Notes: generated by a model not told the origin, from the sequence alone. 64,000 bases of DNA from Octopus sinensis (GCF_006345805.1 NC_043010.1:42966001-43030000); one strand, 5' to 3'; shown: positions 49,250 to 63,193, counted from the first letter of the stretch. Numbers and translations: made by a program.

Positions 49250-49675
49250 ACTCTTTTACTCTTTTACTCTTTTACTTGTTTTAGTCATGTGACTGCGGCC
49301 ATGCTGAAGCACCGCCTTTAGTCGAGCAAATTGACCCCGGGACTTATTCTTTGTAAGCCCAGTACTTATTCTATCGGTCTCTTTTGCCGAACGCTAAGTG
49401 ACGGGGACGTAAACACACCAGCATCGGTTGTCAAGCAATGCTAGGGGGACAAACACAGACACACAACATGTACACACACACACATATATATATATATACA
49501 TACACATATATGACAAGCTTCTTTCAGTTTCCGTCTACCAAATCCACTCACAAGGCATTGGTCGGCCCGGGGCTATAGCAGAAGACACTTGCCCAAGATG
49601 CCATGCAGTGGGACTGAACCCGGAACCATGTGGTTGGTTAGCAAGCTACTTACCACACAGCCACTCCTGCGCCTT
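49250..49675 (-). mobile_element. tRNA-derived SINE, family A
   Basis: As for 34325-34735. Confidence 0.85.
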
Positions 49676-49849
49676 AGTGAGGAATATTAATGAAATAATT
49701 AGAATATAAATTACACAAATTTCATGCTGTGGGCATGTTATTCCAGTTTGTTTTGATCTAAGGTTTTCTGAGAAGGTTTTCATTTTGGTCTTTTAATTTA
49801 TCTTGTGGCTACTCAACATCAATAATTAACACTCTTTCCTTCAAATGCC

Positions 49850-50160
49850 ATTACCATAGTATGATGATGGTGATGCGATGATGATGATGATAATGATAAT
49901 GATGATGATAATGGTGATGATGATGATAATGGTGGTGGTGGTGGTGATAAGGAGGAGGAGGAGGAGGAGGAGGGTAGTATAGAAGGGGAAGGAGGTGGTG
50001 GATGGGGAATGTGGAGAGGAAGGAGGAGGAGGAGGAAGAGGGACAGATGATAATGATGATGATGATGATGGTGGTGGTGGTGTGATGATGATGATGATGA
50101 TGATGAGGAGGAGGAGGAGGAGGCTGCTGCTGAGGCTGATATTAGTATTGCAGTTGGTGA
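49850..50160. repeat. Compound trinucleotide repeats (GAT)n/(GGT)n/(GGA)n/(GCT)n
   Basis: Directly visible. Confidence 0.9.
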
Positions 50161-50719
50161 TGAAATGCCCTGTGTTTTGCTTAATTTTCAGAATAAGAAT
50201 ATCGAAGGAATTTACTAAATAATTAACTTTTTCATTACAAAGCTGGAGTTTGAACAATATATGATGATAATTGTTTCTATTTAAGCCTGAACTCTTTAAA
50301 ACAATGACCTCAGGTGGGTTGGCAGTCTGCAATTATTCCTGTTTGCTTTTTATCTCCCATTTAAGAAATAAAGCTGACTTGATGAAATGAAAGGCTTCCA
50401 ATTCCATTTTAAAATCTGAGATTTCTTAAAATCTACTAGAAATGTACACCATATATGGAACTATAATGTACTGTTTTAATTGTTACAAAGTGAAAGTTGA
50501 AAGATTAATGGAGTAAACATTGTAACTTACAGTCAAATTACAAATTTTTTTCTAGAGTCTAGTCTCTGGACTGTGTAATTTAGAAGAAGTTTGATGCTTT
50601 AATGAAGAAATTTTCAAACATTTACCTTCAAATATCATTTGTCATTTTATGCAATACATTTTCTATTAAACATTTGCTGCAGAATCATCTTTGTAATTTT
50701 AACATAATTCTTTTTTAGC

Positions 50720-51320
50720 CATTGGCATCACTCACCAAGTCCTTTGTGAGCCGCTCTCCGGTTATCTATCTGTGACTTTATATAGCTATGGTAAGACCTC
50801 ACCTGGAATTTGCATCACCGGTCTGGAACCCCTATCTTGCCCAGGATATTAATCATCTGGAAGCCGTTCAGCGACGTGCAACCAAGAGAATACCCTCCAT
50901 CAGGCATTTGACGTATTGTGAATGCCTTACTTCCCTGGGCATGGACACATTGAAACTCTGACGTCTGGCAGCTGACTTGGCAGACACCCATAAAATTATT
51001 AACCATCTTACAAACAATAATTCTGAGCACCTTTTCAAACTCCACCCATCTAACACCTGTGGACATATTTACAAAGTCAGAAAACAGCACAGCTCCCATG
51101 ACTTTCGGAAACATTTTTTCACGCTGAAAGTTGCTGAAGCATGGAACAAACTTCCGGCATCAGTTATTATTTGTCGGAGCACTGCATCCTTCAAAACTTC
51201 CATGCTTTCTGAGATTCACCAACACTACACCTGATTTTCTCCCCTCCATACACACACAAGCATGGATCTGACTCATCATTCACTTTCCAGACATTTGTAC
51301 ATTACTGCATATACTTTATA
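50720..51320 (+). mobile_element. CR1 LINE 3' end
   Basis: LYIAMVRPHLEFASPVWNPYLAQDINHLEAVQRRATKRIP...FFTLKVAEAWNKLP. Confidence 0.88.
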
Positions 51321-52528
51321 TGCACTGTCTGACAAGTTGTGGTGCACCTGAGCACTGTATACAATAATTTCATTATATTATAATAAAAGTTCTTTAACCA
51401 AGGCAATAAGTAAAACATGTTGAACATGTATAGACATTCTCTTGGCATTTAAAAACAAGCAAATTCAATATCAATATTTTTATACTTTGTTTAAAGCAGT
51501 AAACAGGCGGAATTGTTGGCAGACCAGGTGAAATGCTTAGCGGTATTTCATCTATCTTTGTGTTCTGAGTTCAAATTCTACTGTGATCAACTTTGCCTTT
51601 CATCCTTTCAGGGTTGATAAACTAAGTACCAGTTGAATACTGGGGTTGATTTAATTGACTGAGCCCTCTCCCCCAAACCTGCTGACCTTGTGCCAAAATT
51701 TGAAACCAATATTTTATACTTTGTTTAGAAAATATTGTCTGCATTACTCAAAAGGTTTGAAACTCTTTGCAATTGTGAAATGTTAATATAATCACATAAG
51801 AATAAATAAGATACTCATGTAGATAAGAGAGATCAGGAATTTATTTCTATCTCTACTACTAATTGCTAAGGTACATTTTTTTTATAGAGAAGATTCATGA
51901 AATTATTCAGCACAGTTTTCCAAAGTCACAAATAATATCCCAATGTAGAGATAATATCCAAATCAATCATCTGTAAATATAAATATTGAAGACATCTGTA
52001 GAATATGAAATATATTTGGTAAATTAATACATGTCATATAATCAAATACTTCACAGAAAATATAATGAAATTTTTGTTAGATTTTAAAGAAATGTTAAAT
52101 AACCATACAACTTTTGCTGTCTAATGGTAATATTTTGCTTTGTCAGCTTATCCTTACTTGTTTTTTCAGGCTATCTTCAACTCCATTAGGATTGCTGTAT
52201 CACAAAGCAAACTTACTGCCTCTCTTTGAATTTCACTAATACAATTTATTTCTTTTTAGTCTGATTTGCTGATCATCTTTCCACCATGATAAAGATTTTT
52301 ATTTGTCCTCAAGTTGAAGTCATAGAGAAATCTTTTGATTAATAATTCAACAATGTATATTTCATTTTGCAATATAATGCAATAAGATGAGCTCAAAGCC
52401 TACAGATCATAACCACAAATTTAGTGAAAGTGTAATATTCAAAGTATAATGTAATTATGATGTAAATAAAGTTACAAAATACAGAAAATGCTTGAAGATA
52501 TATAATGGTTCGATAAAAAGCTACTTAC

Positions 52529-52585
52529 CCTCAGTTTGAATATCAAAGTTGAAATATACTGGAATTTCTTGCTGTTGAAGCCGAA
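52529..52585 (-). other. Candidate 57-nt internal exon
   Basis: Acceptor TTTAACATTTTTCAG| and donor GAGG|GTAAGTAG; open in phase 1 as RLQQQEIPVYFNFDIQTE. Confidence 0.45.
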
Positions 52586-52919
52586 CTGAAAAATGTTAAA
52601 CAGATTTAAGAAGAATCATATAATTTTAAAAGAAATGAAAATAACACAGAATTTAAACAGTAATCACAACAGACAAAAATGTGATCCAGAAAGTTCTTTA
52701 GTAGAATATAGATAGAGTATTTAAAGATAAGTGCTTCATAACAAATGGTTGTATTGGAAAGATTTTACATAGTTAAGACAAGTGCACAAACTCAGGCTGT
52801 TATTTTTTATCCTTTTATCGGTCTTTGATTGCAGTCATGCTGGAGCACCATAAATTGTTGAAATATTGAAGCATGTTTCCTTCTCTAACACCACTGGTAT
52901 ATTGGATTAATTGGTATTA

Positions 52920-53345
52920 ATGGCGAGTGAGCTGCAGAAATGTTAGCATGCTGGGCGAAATGCTTTGTGGTATTTCGTCTGCCGTTACGTTCTGAGTTCA
53001 AATTCCACCGAGGTCGACTTTGCCTTTCATCCTTTCGGGGTCGATAAATTAAGTACCAATTACGAACTGGGGTCGATGTAATCGACTTAATACCTATGTC
53101 TGTCCTTGTTTGTTCCCTCTGTGTTTAGCCCCTTGTGGGTAATAAAGAAATAGGTATTTCATCTGCCGTTACGTTCTGAGTTCAAATTCCGCCGAGGTTG
53201 ACTTTGCCTTTCATCCTTTCGGGGTCGATTAAATAAGTACCAGTTACGCACTGGGGTCGATATAATCGACTTAATCCGTTTGTCTGTCTTTGTTTGTCCT
53301 CTCTGTGTTTAGCCCCTTGTGGGTAGTAAAGAAATAGGTATTGAT
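52920..53345 (+). mobile_element. Family B SINE followed by a tandem partial duplicate
   Basis: The unit GGTATTTCRTCTGCCGTTACGTTCTGAGTTCAAATTCC...TAAAGAAATA occurs twice. Confidence 0.8.
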
Positions 53346-54516
53346 AGGTGCATATATTACTTTCCATTTATTTTAGAAATGATATTAGTAATTCAATTAA
53401 TTTTTATTCAGTTATTTTAATCAGTTTGTCATATTCATTAGATGAGAAACAGCTTTCATTTTCTTTAATAAGAAGCTTCTACTGGCATTTGCATACTTTT
53501 GATTTCAATTGATATTCTATGGGAATTTGATTGTCAATGGCAATGACATCCTGTGCCTTACCGATAAACACACTGTCTCAATGATAAAAACATTAGGAGT
53601 AATTCGATCTATCAGAGAATGCATGGTTTATTGTTGATTTGAATGGGATTTAATGTGTAATTGGTGAGTGCATTTCAATTAACAGTGCTGCTCTAAAGAA
53701 GTTTTTTATGAATGAAATCACTAATGGGATGGGATTCCTATTCATAAAGTGTAAGACAGCCAAAAGAAACTTAAGTACTTTTGTCTATTACATATGATGC
53801 ACTTCAGCAGACAGGAAACATTTACCGGAATTAGCAATAAAAGATAATTTCCTTAACTCATATCCAGTCAATGATCTAATAGCTCAAATCATGTCTTTGC
53901 CACCAATACAGCTGGTATAGTCTATTCCATCAACTTAAATCGTTAAATTAATTGAGTAACTCATTGGATCAATCGATTTGTTATTAGGTTTTCTTTTCTT
54001 TATCTTCTTCCAGTATATTATACTTCTGTTATACCAGTGATTCTGAAAATGTGTTGGTCATGAAAGTATGTTGCTTATGAAATTATGTTCTGTCATAACT
54101 TAGCTTTAGCTAGATTGTGTCAAACAACAAATATTTTTGGTTGCCTAATCTGTGCTGACCTTTTCATTTTTCTCAGTATAATGCAATTATATGATGGTTG
54201 AACAAGTGAAACAGTTAAATATTTTTCAAATCACAAAAGCTTGTAAAGCTGGAACATAATTCCTGAAAGAAGTTAAGAAGCAAAGAAGTTAAGAAGCAGT
54301 TAAGAAGTAAATCTTCTCTTGACCGATTCTTCCTATCATGGGTAACTTTCCCCAAAAAACCCTGGATAGCTAAATGAATTTAAATTTATAGAACTAAGTA
54401 TCCAGCTAAAATACTCAATGTCATGTTACAACCCTAACCTAAATATTAACATTATAACCACTATTGTGCAAGTACACACACACCAGCACACACACACACA
54501 TGCATGCAACACATGT

Positions 54517-54597
<81 letters not shown>

Positions 54598-54927
54598 TAT
54601 GCAACAAGCTTTTGTGTTGATTGCTTGTTTTCCTAGCGGTACTTGGCAACTGGTGTTAGTTTGTATATGTCCCCACAATATAGCAAGTCAGCAGAAACGA
54701 GACCAATAGAATAAATGACCAACTTCAAAGATAAGACCTGGGCTCAATTTGATTAACTAAATACTTTGAGGCTGCCTCACAGTCCAATGACTGGTATAAA
54801 TAAAAGAGCAAATGTATATACCTCTCGTTTTTTAGCTTACCATAATTCAATATGTGATGATTGCTGGCTGAAGTCAACATTCTTCTTGACTTCTTTTAAT
54901 TAGAATAATCAATAATATTTAGCTTAC

Positions 54928-55235
54928 TAGTTAGTTAGTTAGTTAATTTTTTGGTTCAAACAGCAAAAAGCAAGGCCATGTAAGGGGACATGGAGTTATG
55001 TACAGGGTGGTGTTCATGTAAAGAGTTCTGGCCACTTGTGGTCAAGGGAGACTTTGAACCGAGCGGTCGTCGGCATCTTCACTATCTCGTCCGGCAGCTT
55101 ATTCCACGGATCCACAACTTGGACGGAGAAAGCCCCTCTCCTTCGACTGAGATGAAATCATCGCAGATAGAGCTTTTCGGAGTGACCCCGCAGCCTACGC
55201 TCTGGAGCAGGAGTGAAGAACAGCTCTTTTGAGAG
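54928..55235 (-). mobile_element. CR1 LINE 3' end with a (CTAA)n tail
   Basis: RRLRGHSEKLYLR...RRGAFSVQVVDPWNKLPDEIV...FKVSLD; (TTAG)n on + at 54928-54946. Confidence 0.8.
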
Positions 55236-56623
55236 GTTACACTTTCCGCTTATGATGTTGTGAGCAAGAATGAGATCAACACTGTGTAAATAAACAACAC
55301 AGAACTAATTTGTGTTGCGTAATTAATTTTTAGCAAAATTAACTTCTTTTTACACTTATGCATTAGTTTTGCAAGGTATTTGATGAGAAAACATGTGTCA
55401 AAACAGACATTGTTATACTTGGGGATGGTCATTCTTTTTTTTTTTTTGTTTACCAATTAAACACATACACTATATATTTAGTCTTTACTTCAGCATTATT
55501 ATTATTTTAGCTTAGTTTTAGTTTTTTTGTTGGAGTCCTTTTTAACTTTTTTTTACTTTTACCTGTTTCAGTCACTTGACTGAAACAGGTTGAAGACTTT
55601 ATGCCAAATAAATCAATCCCAGCACTTATTAGTTTTAAGCCTGGTAATTATTCATTTGGTTTCTTTTGCTGAACCACTAAGTTATGGGGGTATAAATCAA
55701 CACCAGTTGTGAAATGGTGGTTGGGAACAAACACAAACACAAAGTCACACACACAAAGATATATATACATATATGATGGGCTTCTTTTAGCTTCCATCGA
55801 CAATATCCACCCACAAAGCTTTGGCTGGTCTAGGACTATAATAGAAGGCACTTGCTATGGTGCCATGCTATGAGACTGAACCTGGAACCATGTGGCTGGG
55901 AAGCAAACTTCTTATCACATAGCCATGTCTGCATGTATAGAAATTTTGTATTTTCTTACACTTGTAATCACTGATGGGGTATTTTGTAATTTGTCTAAAG
56001 TAATTTGACTGGACAGAACTTATCTCCCTCCAGGTCATTTATTCACTGCTTGGAAATTGTCACTATGGTGGACAAATAAAACTGAAATGACAAAGACAGG
56101 AATCAAACCAAACCTTCCTTACAGACTTGTCTCACTAGATACCACAACTGTATGATATTTGGACATTGTTTTGCTTACCATAAGTAAAGTCTTTTCTGTA
56201 AGATATAGAATTTAACTAGCTTTGCTGGTATCAGGATTGGGGTGTCAAGTTATTTTATAGATCATATTAGGAATTCCAGTGATATTTAAGTTGTTGGTCA
56301 AACGTATTTATTATGAATAAAATATCAAAACATTTACCTAAAGTTTCACTGTGCTGGAATTTGCCAATCATTGTCCACATGTTGGTGATAATATTGTCAC
56401 ATTGTTAATGACACAATAACCACTGAAATATTTCTTATCAGAATTTGGTCTGTTAAAAGGTCTTTGATAACATGAACTTTTGTCCACCCCATTAATGCAA
56501 TGGTAACATCTAGTTTTTAATTTCAGTATATTTTAATATACATGTAAAATGCATACATACATAAATATGTACATATATACATACATGCATTCATACATAC
56601 TTACATACATACATATATATATA

Positions 56624-56717
<94 letters not shown>

Positions 56718-57148
56718 CATATGCATGTATGTGTATGTATATGCATGTGTATATATATATATCATCAGTATCATTATCACCGTTTTCATGTCTGCTTTTC
56801 CATTCTGGCATGAGTCAGAAAGAGTTTCTTGAGGCAGATTTTCTATGGTTCCATGTCCTTCCTATTGCTATCTCTCAACTGTTTCCAAGCAGGTTGCATT
56901 TCCTCGTAGCCAGACATGCTTTCACAAATATTGGAAACAACCGACAATGCCTGTATGACAGTGATACTCATTTATAACTGTCATGTGATGTCAAAACAAG
57001 GAGACACACACATACACACACTAACACTCACAAACATGCATAGATATATATGATGGGCTGCTTTCAATTTCTGTCTACTAAATATGCTCACAAGGCTTGA
57101 TTGGCTTGGGGCAGAAGTTAGCTTCTTAACGAAACAGTCACACCTGCA

Positions 57149-57195
<47 letters not shown>

Positions 57196-57544
57196 ACTTT
57201 CAGATGGTGAATAATGGATTTATACATCATCATCATCATCATCATCATCATCGTTTAACGTCCGTTCTCCATGCTAGCATGGGTTGGACAGTTCGACCGG
57301 GGATCTGGGAAGCCAGAAGGCTGCACCAGGCTCCGGTCTTATCTGGCAATGTTTCTACAGCTGGATGCCCTTCCTAACGCCAACCACTCCGTGAGTGTAG
57401 TGGGTGCTTTTTACGTGCCACCTGCACTGGTGCCAGGCGAGGCTGGCATCGGCCACGGTCGGATTGGTGCATTTTACGTGCCACCGACACGGAAGCCACA
57501 TATAAATATATATATATTCATATAAGTACACATAATACAAACGA

Positions 57545-59215
57545 CAGACAAATTTAAAGGGGTGGAAGAAAGGTTACTATAAGTCTAACAACTGTTTCTG
57601 GGGGCTTGATGATCCATAATAATGTTGGTAGATCTAGTTCATCATAATATGTGGCCGTATGGATGCATTTAACATAGGATGAAATGAGTCTCTATCATCA
57701 GGGTAGAGAAGATCTTACATTTCAGATCTTAATGCAGAGAAGTTCAAAGATGGAAGGATTAAATGTGGAGAGTGAAGTGTGTCAGAGGGGGGACTGGGGT
57801 GGGCAGGTGGTATTAAGATAGGGAATGGTGAAAGGAGAAAAGATAGTTCAAGAAGAGTAAGGGGTTAATAGTGAGGCTAGTAAGGGAGTAGTAGTAGAGG
57901 TGGGGGACAAGGAAGGTGAATAGGAGGGTGGGGTAGATAGTATGTGAATGGTAGTCCCTTGTGTCAAGTTTGTTGAGGTGTAGGGATGAAAGCTATAAAA
58001 TTATTGGTTAAGATGGTGAGAAAAGGAATTATTTGAGGGAAGCAAGGTGTCTAGTTCAGTGACAGAGGGAGATTACTAAGTTATGTAGAGGGGTATGAGA
58101 GAAGATAGTGGTGGGTGGACAGATTGGGGGTTGAATTGGTGGTCAAGATAGCAGTGGTTAGTAAGATAATGAATGTGGGTTGGTATTGGAGGTGGAGTAC
58201 AGTGGTATGGAGAGGTGTATGAAATTGAATAGAGGAAAGTGAAAAGATAGGGGGAGAGGGGCTGACAGGTTAGTATCCAAATGAATGGGGTAGTATTACA
58301 TGCTTTTGGTTGAAGAGGAGAAATGAGAGGAGGCCACTTGTGAGAGTGGGGAAGCTATGAAGGAGGTAGGCTGTAGTGGGTTAGTGGAATTTGCAAAGGT
58401 AACAATGAGAAAGAATAGTTTAATAAGGAGGCTAGTATTAGTTGAGGTAGTAAGTTGCTAGGCTGATCTTGTCATGCTCCAAGGTTAATTTTGTGTTATG
58501 ATACTTATAGTTAAGGGATTACATAGATTTAATAAAATGCGTAAAGGATGAGTAGAACCTGTGTTTACAAGATAGTATTACATCTGAGAATCTATTAAGT
58601 AATGAGGGGTTTTGGTAGAAAAGGATGGTTAGCGATTCTCTTAAACATAATTTACACATACTGATGCTTGAATTGTCTTAGGGAGCCTCACCTACAATGG
58701 ACCAGGATAGGGTATAGGGAATATTTTGAGATTAAAGGTTGTGTATATAAATTGCTAAGGAGGTAGATAATTTAGAATTTGGATTGGAGAAAGAGTTCAT
58801 GTGTGCATGGTAGTAATGCTTGAAATCAACAATGCCATCGATATAGACCCTTGCTTGGTAGGAGAAACCCAACAATTGCAAGTTTTGCTAGCCGCTCTGT
58901 GGTTGGAGTTTACCGTTGGGGAGGTCAAACTCCAGCAATCCATTATTAGTAAAGGACAACCTGAAGTACAATCTGTATTGGATTGGGAGGGGGTATCGAT
59001 GCTAGTATATGTCGTCACATGGGTAGAATTGTGGGAAGATGCCTTGTGTCTGGTAGTATTATATACATATTTTGTATTTGATGTACTTAATATATCTAAT
59101 ATATTTGATCTAATTTGCTACTACACCCACTCAACCTAATTCCTTTTATAGCCTTTCTTTACCTTGTGGAGAGTACTACTACATGTCTTCTTTACAGAGA
59201 ATATCTGAATCTCAT
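57545..59215 (-). mobile_element. Penelope-like element 3' part: GIY-YIG endonuclease plus a pyrimidine-rich 3' UTR
   Basis: YIDGIVDFKHYYHAHMNSFSNPNSKLSTSLAIYIHNL..NIPYTLSWSIV...MCKLCLRESLTIL...SCKHR at about 58890-58560. Confidence 0.7.
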
Positions 59216-59219
59216 CTGT

Positions 59220-60775
59220 GAATTATCATCATCATCTTCATCAACATTTAATGTCTGTTGTCCATACTGGCAGGGGTTGGACAGTTTGACTGGGCTGGCA
59301 CGCTGGAAGGCTGCACCAGACTTCAGTCTAATTTGGCATGGTTTCCTACAGCTGGATGCCCTTCCTAATGCCAACCACTCTGAGAGTGTAACGGGTGCTT
59401 TTACATGCCACTGGCATGGGTACCATTTGTATGACACTGGGGTGTGTTTACATACCATCAGCATGGATGCCAATTTGTGTGATGCCTGTATCTACCACGA
59501 CTGATTTTGATGGGTCTTCTTCCCAAGCATAACATAATGCCAAAGGTCTTCGTCATTGCCTCCGTGAGGCCCAACACTTGAAAGGAATTCAGCCACTTTG
59601 CCTCTGTGAGGCCCAATGCATGAAAGGAACTCAACTACTTTGCCTCCATGAAACCCAACGTTCAAAAGATGCTCTTCACATGCCACCAGCACAGGTGAAC
59701 TTGGCTTGATGGGTCCTCTCAAGCACAGCACATCGCCAAAGGTCTGGGTCACCAGTCATTGCCTCTGTGAGGTTCAAATTTTGAAGATCATGCTTCACCA
59801 CCTTGTCCCATGTCTTCCTGGGTCTACCTCTACCACAGGTTCTCTCCACAGTTAGGGATTGGTACTTCTTTACACGGCTGTCCTCATCCATATGCATCAC
59901 ATGACCATACCAGCGCAATCGTCTCTCCTGCACACCACATCTGATGCCTCTTATGCCTAACTTTTCCCTCAAGATGCTTACACTCTGTCAAACATGTATA
60001 CTGATATTGCACATCCAGCAAAGCATACTGGCTTCATTTCTTTCAAGCCTATGCATGTCCTCAGCTGTCATAGCCCATGTTTCACCACCATGCAGCATAG
60101 CTGTTTGCATACAGGCATCAAACAATCTGCCTTTCACTCTGTGAGAGAGGCCCTTTGTTGCCAGCAGGGGTAGGAACTCTCTGAACTTTACCCAGCCTAA
60201 TCTTATTCTTACACCTATGCTCTTGGAGTATCCCCCTCCACTACTAATGTCGTCACCTAGATAACAGAAACTATCCACTACCTCTAGCTTGCCCCACTGA
60301 CAGTTGATGGAGTCTCTTTTCTGCACATTTTCAGCTTTTATTTTATCTGTGCACCTTCCACATACAAAAGTTAGTTTCCCTGTTAACCTTCTTCTGATGT
60401 TGCTGCAACTTTTATGTGTCCAAAGCTTATACTGGGTACATTTTATGGAATTTCTACCTACACCTTTTCTACAGTTTAATCAGGGCCATCTACCTGAAAG
60501 GATTTGTGATTTGTCAGCCTTCCTACTTACTAAGACTTTGGTTTTTGCAAGGTTAACTCTAAGGCCCTTCGATTCTAAACCTTGCTTCTGTACCCTCTCT
60601 AGTTCTGGTAGTAATTCAGCTATAAGAGCAAAGTCAAAAGCATAGAGGAGCTCCCAGGGGTAGCCTGTCTTGAATTCCTGGAGGACTATGATGAACAAGA
60701 GGGGGCTGAGCACCAATCCTTGGTGAACCTCTCCTTGTACCCTGAATTCTTTGCTGTACTTGTTACCCACTCTCG
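59220..60775 (-). mobile_element. 5'-truncated RTE LINE: RT C-terminal half with a PHD-like insertion, 3' UTR and (GAT)n tail
   Basis: EFRVQGEVHQGLVLSPLLFIIVLQ, PWELLYA.D.ALIAE, GLRVNLAKTKV, LEVVDSFCYLGD, and RRLRWYGHVMHM...GRGRPRKTW. Confidence 0.9.
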
Positions 60776-61326
60776 GTATAAATATGTTTGTTTATTAGTT
60801 TTTCATTTGTTAATTTATCAAAGATCTTTTTCACAATCTCCACTGATTTCTCACTTTAGGAAAATAACCCAATAAGATTGCAGCATTGATTGAGTTAGTT
60901 TTTCTTTTCCAGTTCTCATTATAATTCTCTTTGACTGTTTTCTACATTTATCTACATTGTCCTTCCATTTTTGTTTTGTGCGATATGAATGAACATGTAA
61001 ATAAAAAATGTTCAATTCATCTGACTGCCAGTGACCACCATATTTGATGACTGACCTATTAAACAGGATCTTGCCATAAAGGATTTCACTGAATGTTACA
61101 GAAAAGGTGATTTTTATCCTTCAGGCTTTAGTTTAGTTTGAAGAAATTCAGTTTCAACATGGCAAATCACTTAAACCACTGCCCAAGTTCCAGTTAGTTA
61201 AGTGTTCTACCACAGAGACAGTCTGTTTTTCTACTTTTTCTCTGTTGACCCCCTCTCTTTCTCTCTCTTTCACTCACTCTGTGTGTGTGTGTGTGTGTGT
61301 CTCTCTCTCTCTCTCTCTATTCTTAC

Positions 61327-61468
61327 CTGCTCTCAGGTCAGATAAGTGGCGCAGGAGATGTGGGGTGCTGGGGACATTTTTTGCGACGGGGCACCTTATT
61401 CCTATTGCCATTGCGAATCCGAACGACGACAACCCCAGGTCTATTTTTTCTCTTTCTCACACGGAATT
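61327..61468 (-). other. Candidate CpG-rich exon containing an ATG open to the donor
   Basis: Acceptor ATATTTTTCAG| and donor GCAG|GTAAGA; gcaATGG starts MAIGIRCPVAKNVPSTPHLLRHLSDLRA, exiting in phase 1. Confidence 0.45.
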
Positions 61469-61648
61469 CTGAAAAATATCATAAGCCAAGTATTCTCTCT
61501 ATCTATATATATTTACAAATGTACTTTGAAAGAAAATAGTTGAAAGTACATTTGTAATTATAAACTGAATATAAGACAGGGTAAAAAAAATGTCAGCAAT
61601 AAAAACAGTGAAAATGAGGAGGGATATGAAGGCTGGAGAGAGAGAAAG

Positions 61649-61685
<37 letters not shown>

Positions 61686-62004
61686 GAATCTCTGAAAGTT
61701 TTGTTCCATTCGTGGATCTTTAATTTCTTTACTTGCCATCTCTGTAGTGATTTTTATAGCTGTTCATTTCACTGAACATGGGCTATTTTCATTCTTTTGA
61801 TTCAATAAATTCACATAAATTCTTCCCATAGTCACCAAGGATAAATTGTCAAATTATCATTGCTATACTTTCTCTGATGACTTTTCTCTTATACTAACAT
61901 GTTATCTTTAGTTTAAAATATTTCAAGTCCCATTTCTTTTGGATGCAGAACACTTTTCAAGCCATTTCTATATTTCTCAGAACCAGCTAGACCTGACATT
62001 TAGA

Positions 62005-62405
62005 CTTTACTCTTTTACTTGTTTCAGTCATTTGACTGCGGCCATGCTGGAACGCCGCCTTTAGTCGAGCAAATCGACCCCAGGACTTATTATTTGTAAG
62101 CCTAGTACTTATTCTATCGGTCCCTTTTGCCGAACCGCTAAGTGACGGGGACGTAAACACACCAGCATCGGTTGTCAAGCGATGTTGGGAGGACAAGCAC
62201 AGACACACAAACATATACATACACACATATATACATATTTACGACGGGCTTCTTTCATTTTCCGTCTACCAAATACACTCACAAGGCTTTGGTCGGCCCG
62301 AGGCTATAGTAGAAGACACTTGCCCAAGGTACCACGCAGTGGGACTGAACCCGGAACTATGTGTTTGGTAAGCAAGCTACTTACCACACAGCCACTCCTG
62401 CGTCT
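62005..62405 (-). mobile_element. tRNA-derived SINE, family A (young)
   Basis: As for 34325-34735, with most CpGs retained. Confidence 0.85.
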
Positions 62406-63048
62406 ATTTGTTCATGCATCTTACTTCATTTCTTCTATTCGTTTCAGCTTGCATCATAAATTTAGTATTTTCATTCAGTATAATATTCAATTGCCATTTT
62501 ACCTGCTGCTTCCTTCATTCAATTATTCTCCGGCTTACATCAGGTTATCTCTTTGAATGTCTAATTCTCACTTACACTAAACATTTTCTTTACTACTGCC
62601 TAGCTGAAAAAAGCAAACATGAACCTTATCCTTGGATAAAACAATACACACGCTCACGTGTGTGCGCACGTGCATGTACATATGTAATTGTAAGCAGGGT
62701 TTGTAGTTAAGAAGCTTGCACTATGTCATGGCATCTTGGACAAGTGTCTTCTACTATCGACCCATGTCAACCAAAAACTTGTGAGTGGATTTAGTAGACA
62801 GAAGCTGAAAGAAGCCCATCACACATACACACAGGCATACATATATCCATATACATACATACATACATTGATATGTACATACATATATACACACACAAGC
62901 AAAGGCTGGGCAACTTAGACTAAGAAGATGGTTTGCAGCCACATGATTTCAAGTTCAATTCTACCGTGTGGTACCTTGTGAGTGAAACTGATTGATGGAA
63001 ACTGTGTAGAAGCCTTTGAAAGTGTGTCTCTCTTTTTCTTCCCTCGTT

Positions 63049-63100
<52 letters not shown>

Positions 63101-63153
63101 AAAGAAAAGATGAAGACAGGGGTATAAACAACAACAGTTGTACTAGTTTGACA

Positions 63154-63193
<40 letters not shown>

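Noticed and set aside
49841-50332. 163-aa ORF with poly-L/I/P/S runs
   Set aside because: Translation of compound trinucleotide repeats.
53562-53692. Possible - strand exon with AG/GT ends
   Set aside because: Stops in all three frames and no other support; it could only be non-coding.
57575-57660. Hammerhead relic at the end of the PLE 3' UTR (- strand ATGATGA...CCAGAAACAGTTGTTAG)
   Set aside because: It shares GAAACAGTTGT with the 17799 ribozyme and sits in the expected position, but C3 is missing and neither helix I nor helix II pairs. At most it is a decayed remnant.
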